Of a stretch of 55,488 nt of DNA, positions 34,613-42,113 are shown piece by piece. Location of the stretch: the IMG/VR virus record IMGVR_UViG_3300037586_002804, positions 1-55,488 of that record, one strand, 5' to 3'. Source of the stretch: a virus (taxonomy: Duplodnaviria; Caudoviricetes). The notes beneath the pieces are model-generated. The model worked only from the letters and a program-made list of their open reading frames with translations, made no database searches and was not told where the DNA came from. Position numbers and translations under genes: made by a program. Numbering within the stretch: position 1 is the stretch's first letter; each line of letters begins with the position of its first letter.

Positions 34613-35545
34613 TTAGTCTTCAGTCTTCTCTTTGACATCATTAATCATATCTAAAATATCCAATCCGGCGCAGTCAATCTTCCTCTTTGTCAGATTATAG
34701 TGGTTAACGAACCCCTTGAACTCTGCCTTAGCGGATTTTGAACATACGCCAGTTACCAGCTTTCCATCCTTTGTCGGAACTTCAAGAGGGATTCCAACGC
34801 CACGGTGAATTGCTTCCCAAAGGGCTTTGAGTGCTCGTTTTTGTCTCGGATAGAAATCGGTAAATGGATCAAGCTTGCAACCGTGAACCCATGCTCCGTC
34901 TTGCATTGGGCGTTCGCCGAATCCGTTCTTAACGTACCAGTCTTGATACTTGGGATAGTAAGCGTTGCTGATTTCGACGCCTATTGACTTGTGATTAGCT
35001 CTGCCGTTGCCAGCATGCCAGGCACCGTGTTGTGTGTCGAGTAGTTGATAGATGGTTCCGTCGTTGTCGATGCAAAAATGAACAGAAATACCTCTTTGGG
35101 CGAGCACTTGAGCACACGATTCGGCAGAAAGACAAACATCCCAATGGTTTACAAACATTGTCGGCTTCCTGTCTGGCTTTCCTGCATAGCTGTAATAACT
35201 ATTATCTGCTGCCTCTAATCCATCTTCCTCATCCCAGAGAATGACTCTATTCCAGTCTATCTTGATAAATTCCCCATTGTGAACGATGAACTTATCTTTC
35301 TGCAGACATTGAGCTTCCGACTCTTCTGGAGAATACGGAACATAGTTGGATATTTCAGCTTCTCGCTCCGTCCAGATTCGACGATAAGTTGATGGACCAA
35401 TCAGTCCATCTACGGTGAGATTATTTTTCTTCTGCCATTTTCTTACAGCAGCAATTAACTCTTCATCATTATACTCACAGTCGAACCACGATGGGCTCCA
35501 TCCAAGCGAGTCCTGAGAAGATTTGTTGTAGAATACTTTGTCCAT
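34613..35545 (-). CDS. N-acetylmuramoyl-L-alanine amidase (Amidase_2) with peptidoglycan-binding domain; endolysin candidate
   Basis: AVRKWQ...L.VDGLIGP.T; NHW, SVHF.ID.DGTIYQ, AWHAG...N..SIGVE, H...KIDC. Confidence 0.88.
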   Translation of the reverse strand: MDKVFYNKSSQDSLGWSPSWFDCEYNDEELIAAVRKWQKKNNLTVDGLIGPSTYRRIWTEREAEISNYVPYSPEESEAQCLQKDKFIVHNGEFIKIDWNRVILWDEEDGLEAADNSYYSYAGKPDRKPTMFVNHWDVCLSAESCAQVLAQRGISVHFCIDNDGTIYQLLDTQHGAWHAGNGRANHKSIGVEISNAYYPKYQDWYVKNGFGERPMQDGAWVHGCKLDPFTDFYPRQKRALKALWEAIHRGVGIPLEVPTKDGKLVTGVCSKSAKAEFKGFVNHYNLTKRKIDCAGLDILDMINDVKEKTED

Positions 35546-35553
35546 AAGTCTCC

Positions 35554-36201
35554 TTAAAAGATGATATCAGCAATTCCCAACTCAACTGCCTGCTCTGCTG
35601 TGAAGTAGGCATTCACTTTTCGATTCAGAATCTTCTTAAGATGAGTTTTCGTCATGTTCGTCTCTTGAACCATTGCCTCAATATAACGATCCTGAGTCCA
35701 TCGAATCTCGTCCATTTCATTTTCGAGACTGTGAAGTGGACCGTGATTTCCTCCAAGAACACTGTGAATCATTACTCGACAGTTCTTGCCGATCTTTCGT
35801 TTTCCTTGTGTGCCAGATGCTAGCAGCAGAGTTCCTGCAGAGAACACCTTTCCAAGTCCAACAGTGTAGATGTCGCAATCTTCACGAATGACTCGCATCA
35901 GATCGTGTAGTCCAAACATCTCCTGTGCGGATCCTCCAAGTGTTGAGACAATAAATTCAAATGGACGATAGTTTACCATAAGCTCTGAACTCTCGTCTTC
36001 TGGATTCTTCAGGGAGTATGTTGCGCCGTCCTCATACAGGGAAAGCATGCCATACATCAGTTCCCCTGCTTTTTCCTCATCGAGTTCTCCGCAAATTCCA
36101 ATAAGACGAGGAGCCTCATCTAACTTTTCAACGACATGCGTTGGAGCAGGTTCGAGGGCTTTTTCTAATTCTTTTTTTGACATCCGTGGTGTGAAAATCA
36201 C
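35554..36201 (-). CDS. clpP: ClpP-family protease
   Basis: STLGG, G.V.SAG (Ser), RVMIH (His), YFTAEQAVELGIAD. Confidence 0.88.
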   Translation of the reverse strand: MIFTPRMSKKELEKALEPAPTHVVEKLDEAPRLIGICGELDEEKAGELMYGMLSLYEDGATYSLKNPEDESSELMVNYRPFEFIVSTLGGSAQEMFGLHDLMRVIREDCDIYTVGLGKVFSAGTLLLASGTQGKRKIGKNCRVMIHSVLGGNHGPLHSLENEMDEIRWTQDRYIEAMVQETNMTKTHLKKILNRKVNAYFTAEQAVELGIADIIF

Positions 36202-36506
36202 AGCACATCTCCTTGTTTGATTAGTTTCTTATTTCGAACCAATTCATTTCCATGAGAAGTTACTTCTGTCAAGTGAATTGGAAATTTCTTTGCACAAATC
36301 AGCCATCGGCTGGGGCTGGCAAAATCTCTGGCGAACATGAATGTGTATTCTCTCGTATTGGCATTATATCCCTTTCCGACGACTTCCCATTCGGACAGAG
36401 TTTTTAGCACTTTGTTTAGCTTCTGCTTTCCCTTAATGTTTTCGACTTGGACACAATAGTTCGCACTATCGTTATCTGTTTCTCGTCTCCACGCAAACGC
36501 TCTCAT
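36198..36506 (-). CDS. Hypothetical protein
   Basis: Start 36506 (SD GGAG); promoter TTGACA-N17-TATATT at 36531-36559. Confidence 0.65.
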   Translation of the reverse strand: MRAFAWRRETDNDSANYCVQVENIKGKQKLNKVLKTLSEWEVVGKGYNANTREYTFMFARDFASPSRWLICAKKFPIHLTEVTSHGNELVRNKKLIKQGDVL

Positions 36507-36580
36507 AGTTATCTCCCATATTACTCTATCAATATAGCACATATTTCAACGATTGTCAAAGCATATTCTATTAAAAATGC

Positions 36581-36617
36581 AAAAGCCGAGGGTGGAATTC
36601 CCTCGGCTTTCGTTTTT
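36581..36617. terminator. Rho-independent terminator (possibly bidirectional)
   Basis: 11-bp stem AAAGCCGAGGG/CCCTCGGCTTT with T-runs on both sides. Confidence 0.8.
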
Positions 36618-36637
36618 TAGGAGATCTGTTGCTTACT

Positions 36638-37207
36638 CTATTTGTTAGTAAGTCGTGCGATCACTCGTTTCAAAACTTCGTTAACGATAGCTTCATCGTC
36701 AGTAGCTTCTTCGAGTTCTTCTTCGTCATTTTCGGCGAGAGGTTCTTCGTCGTCCATGGCTAATTCCTCGCCGCCCTCGGGAGGTAGTTCAGCATCCATT
36801 TCCATGCCCATATCCATTTCGCCTTCTGGCTCCATATCCATTGCAGGCTCTGCCTCAACATCTACTTCGATTGGCTCGTCAAGTTGAAGTGCGCCTTCTA
36901 ACTCTTGTGCAACAGCACGGACGATATCAGCAGCAAGGGTTTCCTTCTGCTCTGGACTTAGATCTAATTCACCCCCTTCATCGGAAGCTTCCATGTCCAT
37001 GTCCATTTCCAGTCCGGTTTCTTCCGGACCTTCGTCTCCGGGCAATTCATCGCCCATTTCTAATTCGCCTTCTTCGGAATATTCCTCCTCGGGCATTTCT
37101 TCGTGAACTTCACCATAGGGTGTTCCACCCAATTCGTTTACAGCAGGGACGGCGGCGAGTGCTTGAAATCGGCGTACCTGTGATTCTGTTAAAAACTTTT
37201 TGCTCAT
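36638..37207 (-). CDS. Very acidic protein, scaffold/internal-head-like
   Basis: MSKKFLTESQVRRF leader, E/D/M-rich body, IVNEVLKRV..RL tail; SD AGGAG. Confidence 0.65.
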   Translation of the reverse strand: MSKKFLTESQVRRFQALAAVPAVNELGGTPYGEVHEEMPEEEYSEEGELEMGDELPGDEGPEETGLEMDMDMEASDEGGELDLSPEQKETLAADIVRAVAQELEGALQLDEPIEVDVEAEPAMDMEPEGEMDMGMEMDAELPPEGGEELAMDDEEPLAENDEEELEEATDDEAIVNEVLKRVIARLTNK

Positions 37208-37286
37208 AATACTATCTCCTAAATGTGTTATTCTTGTGCAAAACAATCACTTATAATTAGAACGCTACTACCCGAAAAGAAGAAAA

Positions 37287-37511
37287 TCACACAAGTTTCT
37301 TTAGTTTAGCAAGAGCTTTCTTTTCAAGCTGTTGAACTCTTGCCGATGTTAGCCCGATCCTTTCTGCGATTTGTTTTAACTTCATTGAGCCATTCTTGTG
37401 AACGGATATGTCAACACAGTTCAAATCTTCCTCAAAATCGATCCAACTGCGACAGTCACCAACTGGACACGACACCTCTAATTCGCAACACTTCTTTGCA
37501 CATTCTATCAT
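37287..37511 (-). CDS. Stand-alone sigma70 region-4 HTH protein with Cys-rich N-terminus
   Basis: MKLKQIAERIGLTSARVQQLEKKALAKL. Confidence 0.8.
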   Translation of the reverse strand: MIECAKKCCELEVSCPVGDCRSWIDFEEDLNCVDISVHKNGSMKLKQIAERIGLTSARVQQLEKKALAKLKKLV

Positions 37512-37879
37512 AACTCAGGATGCTCCTTTGCAATCACATCAAATATGTCTTCAATGTCGCCATCGTTGATGCCGAACTGAGAGGAAAGTTCTTTGCCCGC
37601 CTCTTTGAGTTTTGAAGATTTCCTATGCTTGCCTTTTCCTTTGATCTTGCTATTGCGGAGCTTCCACTCGTCGAACCATGCCATAAAGAGAGCATCTTCT
37701 TGGACGAATGCTTTGACAATTGCTCGCAAGAACGGTGCCATTGATGCTCCGTGATAATGGAGTTTAATCTTCATCTCCGCTTTGTGAGACTGGGGGAGAT
37801 AAGCCTGAATTCTTTCAGTTGGCTCATCCCACTTTTTTCTTTTCCCGGTGCCTTTAGGCATTGGTGCCTCGCAAGACAT
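37508..37879 (-). CDS. Hypothetical protein, possible ribbon-helix-helix N-terminus
   Basis: RIQAYLP...KIKL...SMAPFLRAIV. Confidence 0.55.
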   Translation of the reverse strand: MSCEAPMPKGTGKRKKWDEPTERIQAYLPQSHKAEMKIKLHYHGASMAPFLRAIVKAFVQEDALFMAWFDEWKLRNSKIKGKGKHRKSSKLKEAGKELSSQFGINDGDIEDIFDVIAKEHPEL

Positions 37880-38888
37880 GTGGATTGCTTTCTACAAAGC
37901 CTGCAGAAGTCTGTCGAACAAATTGAGCATTTGTCTGCAACTCAGTCAATGTTCGGGCACCTGCGTAAGACAGTCCGCTGCGGATTCCGTTTTCAAGCCC
38001 TTCGAGCACGTGAATAACTTTGCCTTTGTAGGGAACAACTGTTGCTACACCTTCAATAAAAGAAGCAGTTCCGCGCCAGTTTGCCTGTGCGTCTCTTGAT
38101 GCCATTCCTCGGAAAACCTTGTGACATTGCCCGTCACGACGAATAACCTCGCCAGGCGATTCTGCAGTGCCCGCAAGGAGAGAGCCAATCATTACAAAGT
38201 CCGCCCCTGCGGCAAGTGCCTTAACCATATCTCCTGAATTTCGGATTCCTCCGTCTGCAAGAATCTTGACACCTGGAAATTTCTCTTTAATCTTTACACA
38301 TTCAGTGACGGATGCTAAAGTGGGCATTCCAAATCCTGTCTGGATTCGAGTACTACAGCATGAACCTCCTCCAATTCCCACACGGACTGTGTGCGCTCCA
38401 GCTTCAGCCAAGGCGAGGGCTGCGGAATAAGTTGCAACATTGCCAGCAACTAAGTGAATCTTGGGATATCTGTCTCGCAGGTTTCGGAGAGCGACATGCA
38501 CAAAGACATGATCTCCATGAGCCACATCAACACAGAGCACCTTTGCACCTGCCTCAACCAAAGCCCTTGCTCTATCGAGATAGTCCCCAGTTGCTCCAAT
38601 TGCTGCGCCGACGGCGTTGTTTCCATTACTCGACGCTTCAGAAACCATTGTCGCCTGTTCATCAATTGTACTATAGCGATGAATGATACCCAAGGCTCCG
38701 AACTCAGAGAGGACACGACTCATTGTTGAGCCACATACAGTATCCATAGGAGCAGCAAAGATTGGAACACGGAGGCGAACTCCTTCAGATAGTTCAGACG
38801 ACAAGTCCACTTCACGTCGGGAGCGAATATCGCTGAATTGCGGTTTTAACAGAACATCATCAAATGTCAATAACGTTTCAAGAGTCAT
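37854..38888 (-). CDS. guaB: IMP dehydrogenase / GMP reductase family (no CBS domain)
   Basis: LTFDDVLL.P, APMDTV, VDVAHG, GNVAT, GIGGGSCCSTR, ADGGI, FRGMAS; IMPDH versus GMPR not resolved. Confidence 0.88.
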   Translation of the reverse strand: MTLETLLTFDDVLLKPQFSDIRSRREVDLSSELSEGVRLRVPIFAAPMDTVCGSTMSRVLSEFGALGIIHRYSTIDEQATMVSEASSNGNNAVGAAIGATGDYLDRARALVEAGAKVLCVDVAHGDHVFVHVALRNLRDRYPKIHLVAGNVATYSAALALAEAGAHTVRVGIGGGSCCSTRIQTGFGMPTLASVTECVKIKEKFPGVKILADGGIRNSGDMVKALAAGADFVMIGSLLAGTAESPGEVIRRDGQCHKVFRGMASRDAQANWRGTASFIEGVATVVPYKGKVIHVLEGLENGIRSGLSYAGARTLTELQTNAQFVRQTSAGFVESNPHVLRGTNA

Positions 38889-39171
38889 CTTCGATATCCT
38901 CGACAGTTTTCAAAAAATTGGTAATTACTTCTTGTGCAGTGTTCCAGCATGGAGGGCAATAGATCCTTACGGGATTATCCTCGTCCTCCTTTCGGACGAC
39001 GACTCGCCAAGACTGAACCATTTCTTTGTCCGTCTTGTCGAAATCCGACTCGCAAGCAGTGCATTCATCTGGAATCTTGCCAAACATCGCTGCCTGTGCT
39101 GCCAGTTCCTGCTCCGGGTTTCCGTCTTTTCTCGCCTGCGCTTCTGCGGCTCTTCGTTGTTTTCTATTCAT
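38878..39171 (-). CDS. Zn-finger small protein
   Basis: CTAC...CPPC. Confidence 0.65.
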   Translation of the reverse strand: MNRKQRRAAEAQARKDGNPEQELAAQAAMFGKIPDECTACESDFDKTDKEMVQSWRVVVRKEDEDNPVRIYCPPCWNTAQEVITNFLKTVEDIEDDS

Positions 39172-39641
39172 CGGTTCATTGCTCCAAAGATTTGTTGTCG
39201 ATTTCCATTCTTAAATACCACGACGGCAGAGGGGAATGGTGCGGGGGTGCTTGCCTCTCCAAACTTAAGCCGTCCTTTGATGAAGTATACCTCATCGGCA
39301 TTCATCACATAGTTATGCCAGTATTGAGTGTCTGGACGTGCGGCGATGAGCATCACAACTGTCGTGTTATCCTTTTTGGACTCCTCAAATGCCTTTTTCA
39401 CCCAGTTGCCCACGGTGCGCCCATAGGGAGGATTGACAAACACAGTATGTCCACCCCAATCCATCGTAAGTCCATCGTCATCCTCTGTAAAGAATTTTGA
39501 ACACTTGGCGCTCTCAGGAGTAGCACAAGGATCTAAGTTAAATGGTCCAAACTGCCAGTTCAACTTGTCAAAGAATCCCTGCGGTGTTGCCCAATCTTGC
39601 TTCTTGCTGGAGAACATCACTTTTTGTGTTGCTGCGTTCAT
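39168..39641 (-). CDS. Phage N6-adenine DNA methyltransferase
   Basis: W.TP..FF, LDPCA, DGL..DW, VFVNPPY, ARPDT, GRLKF...APFPS. Confidence 0.88.
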   Translation of the reverse strand: MNAATQKVMFSSKKQDWATPQGFFDKLNWQFGPFNLDPCATPESAKCSKFFTEDDDGLTMDWGGHTVFVNPPYGRTVGNWVKKAFEESKKDNTTVVMLIAARPDTQYWHNYVMNADEVYFIKGRLKFGEASTPAPFPSAVVVFKNGNRQQIFGAMNR

Positions 39642-40486
39642 TTGTTTGTTTCCTTTTGTTTTCTCGCGATATTCAAGCGTTCTTCTGCAATGTCACAATA
39701 TTCGGATGAAATCTCCATTCCAATATATTGCCTATCGTTCAGCAACGCGAGCTTTGTCGTAGTTCCTGAGCCGTTGAAGGGGTCCAAAACTACTTCTCCG
39801 GGCGTAGTCCAAGTCAAGATATGATCTTGAACGAGAGCCTCTGGAAAGATCGCAGGGTGTTCGAATGCCACTTTGTCTTTTGTGGAATAGTTCTTTCCGG
39901 TATTGTATTTCCAGATATTGTTTCTCGGAGAGAAGTCGGGAATGGGTTTGATATTCCTCTCGATGAGTTCTCCCTTTTTATTTCGAATTGTCCCTTTTCC
40001 AAAATGAGTGTATCCTGCCCAACGGTTCGGCTTGTCGCAAATCAGATTTGCCGTCTTTGGCTTGGCACCGTTGGAGAACACGAACATGTATTCGAAAAGC
40101 TGAGAGTAACGATTTCCGTCGCGGCGGGCAGGAAAGCTGCTTCCGTTCTTTTCATAGATCATCGTATCGTGGAGCTTAAAGCCTTGCTGCATGAAGTAGA
40201 GAGCTTGTCGGAAAGAAGAGCCGGTTTCACTGCCCTTGATTACGGCATCGCCGACTACCCAGACGACTACTCCGCCTTTCTTGACAACTCGCGAAAGCTC
40301 TGTGGCGATTTGCTCAAACGGGAAGGAGTAGCCGTTGAACTTCTCCTCCATGTCCTTGACGAGATCCTTGTATGAACGAAGCGTATCATAGGGAGGAGAT
40401 GTCACAACCAGATCAACTGAATTGTCTGGCAACTTCTTCAACTCTTCGACGCTGTCTCCACAGATGACTTGATTAAGCTGCTGCAA
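39638..40486 (-). CDS. Site-specific DNA methyltransferase, beta class (N4-C/N6-A)
   Basis: VDLVVTSPPY near the N-terminus; HPAIFP; VLDPFNGSGTT near the C-terminus. Confidence 0.9.
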   Translation of the reverse strand: MQQLNQVICGDSVEELKKLPDNSVDLVVTSPPYDTLRSYKDLVKDMEEKFNGYSFPFEQIATELSRVVKKGGVVVWVVGDAVIKGSETGSSFRQALYFMQQGFKLHDTMIYEKNGSSFPARRDGNRYSQLFEYMFVFSNGAKPKTANLICDKPNRWAGYTHFGKGTIRNKKGELIERNIKPIPDFSPRNNIWKYNTGKNYSTKDKVAFEHPAIFPEALVQDHILTWTTPGEVVLDPFNGSGTTTKLALLNDRQYIGMEISSEYCDIAEERLNIARKQKETNK

Positions 40487-41183
40487 TTTCTTTTCCTCGA
40501 TATTGTAGCATGCTCTCTCTGAGGCATCTGCACCATTTTATCTTTGGTTCTACGGAACCAAGAGAGATGGACTTGCGATATTCGTCAACAGAGTTGACAT
40601 GTATCTTGCCGGTGGTGCTGCTATTATTATCTGTCGCCTCTCCGTTCCAAGCGACGGCACATTCGTCCAATACTGAGAAATGAACTGCCTTAATAACATT
40701 GGCGAAAGAGAAGGTGTTCTTGGGGATTGGAAGATCGTAGTCAAGCTCATAGCTTACTAAAACATAACTCTCTGCTTTTCCTTTACCCTCGGAATGAGTT
40801 GATCCCGTCCAGCCGTTGGCGCTTTGAGTGGTTTTAACCTCAAATGGGATAATACCGGCGTCTGACGTTACTACACGGAAGTCGTGCCCTGGTGCGTCAC
40901 CTTCCTCTTTGCCGAGGACGGCAATGCCGAAGTCCTTACAGGCTCTGACGAGTGCAAACTCAAAGTCATAGGCAAAACGAACACTTACTGCCGATGTCTG
41001 CTGACGCCTCTGCTCTTCGATGGCTTCTGCCCAGTCTCGGATAGTGACAATGCTGTCGTCCATTAGGGCTGCTGATGCGAAATGCGCTGCAGCAGTTCTC
41101 TCAACGAGACTAATGACATGGAGTGCAAAGTCCTTGCTCCTTAACGCCTGGAGTGTCTTATTTCGTGTATGCAGTTTGTTCAT
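40473..41183 (-). CDS. Putative PD-(D/E)XK restriction-type endonuclease
   Basis: GHDF...PFEVKTT; overlaps the MTase gene; own promoter. Confidence 0.58.
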   Translation of the reverse strand: MNKLHTRNKTLQALRSKDFALHVISLVERTAAAHFASAALMDDSIVTIRDWAEAIEEQRRQQTSAVSVRFAYDFEFALVRACKDFGIAVLGKEEGDAPGHDFRVVTSDAGIIPFEVKTTQSANGWTGSTHSEGKGKAESYVLVSYELDYDLPIPKNTFSFANVIKAVHFSVLDECAVAWNGEATDNNSSTTGKIHVNSVDEYRKSISLGSVEPKIKWCRCLRESMLQYRGKEIAAA

Positions 41184-41224
41184 CTAATTCTCCGAACTTG
41201 TGGTTCCGTTTTTCTTACATCTAT

Positions 41225-41253
41225 AATATAGCCCAGGTGGGCGAGTTTGTCAA
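41225..41253 (-). promoter_or_regulatory. sigma70-type promoter of nuclease-MTase unit
   Basis: TTGACA-N17-TATATT. Confidence 0.7.
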
Positions 41254-41279
41254 CAAGGTTATTCACTTTTCCAAGTTTC

Positions 41280-41738
41280 CTACTCGTCAGTGGAGCCCAG
41301 GGCTCCGTCGCCGCGTTCGCTGATTGCGATTGGATACCATCCATAGAGATCTGGATTTGAAGTTTCCAATGCTCTGAATGATACGACTGGCGTCATTACA
41401 ACTTGAGCGATCTTGCTATGCGGCTCTACGACTTGCGCCACGGTGCCAACATTGTGAAGATTGACGAATACCTCTCCGTCGTATCCACTGTCTACTACGC
41501 AGGCTCCGACGAGGAGCGAGCGCTTGGAGGCGACGCTTGAACGGTTCTTCACTTCAAGCATGTAGCCGTGCGGGACTCCGAACTTTAGCCCAGTTCCAAG
41601 GATTACACTTTCTCCCGGATTTACCGTCACAGAGGTGTGTTCCTTGGGGCTAAAATAAACATCAAGCCCAGCGTCGGATGGATTTCCACGAGACGGTGGA
41701 TGGGCATTTAAGTGGGTTCGGTGGTATTCGACAATCAC
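41280..41738 (-). CDS. dut: dUTPase (trimeric)
   Basis: DAGLD, RSS, VDSGYDGE, KIAQ, RGDGALGST. Confidence 0.93.
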   Translation of the reverse strand: MIVEYHRTHLNAHPPSRGNPSDAGLDVYFSPKEHTSVTVNPGESVILGTGLKFGVPHGYMLEVKNRSSVASKRSLLVGACVVDSGYDGEVFVNLHNVGTVAQVVEPHSKIAQVVMTPVVSFRALETSNPDLYGWYPIAISERGDGALGSTDE

Positions 41739-41740
41739 TC

Positions 41741-42028
41741 TTACTGCCCCTGGAGGAAGTTGAACATCTCGACAAGTTCATCGATGTCCTGATCTTTCTT
41801 AAGCATGCGATACGCTTTGACTGCAAGAGAGATCTCGTCTCCTGAGAGCCAGTTCTGCTCTTTAAACTCTGCCTTGAGTTCACGCTTTTGTTCAGCAAAA
41901 GGCTCGATGGCTTCTTCTAACGCCTTGAGGCTTCGGATGTATTCCAAAACCCTTTGACGCTTTTCGCTTTCTTGTGTATTCACTTGTGCCTCCACGGCGA
42001 CGGGTGCGTTGTTAATATGATCAAACAT
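41741..42028 (-). CDS. Small dsDNA-binding protein-like (DsbA/GapR-like helix pattern)
   Basis: RVLEYIRSL..LE......QKRELK.EFK; promoter TTGACA-N17-TATATT at 42080-42108. Confidence 0.5.
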   Translation of the reverse strand: MFDHINNAPVAVEAQVNTQESEKRQRVLEYIRSLKALEEAIEPFAEQKRELKAEFKEQNWLSGDEISLAVKAYRMLKKDQDIDELVEMFNFLQGQ

Positions 42029-42113
42029 GTATTTGCTCTCCTGATGTTGTTTGTATTCTCAATCTCAAATTACTCTTATAATATAACAGAGTTTGTTTCG
42101 AGTGTCAAGCCTT

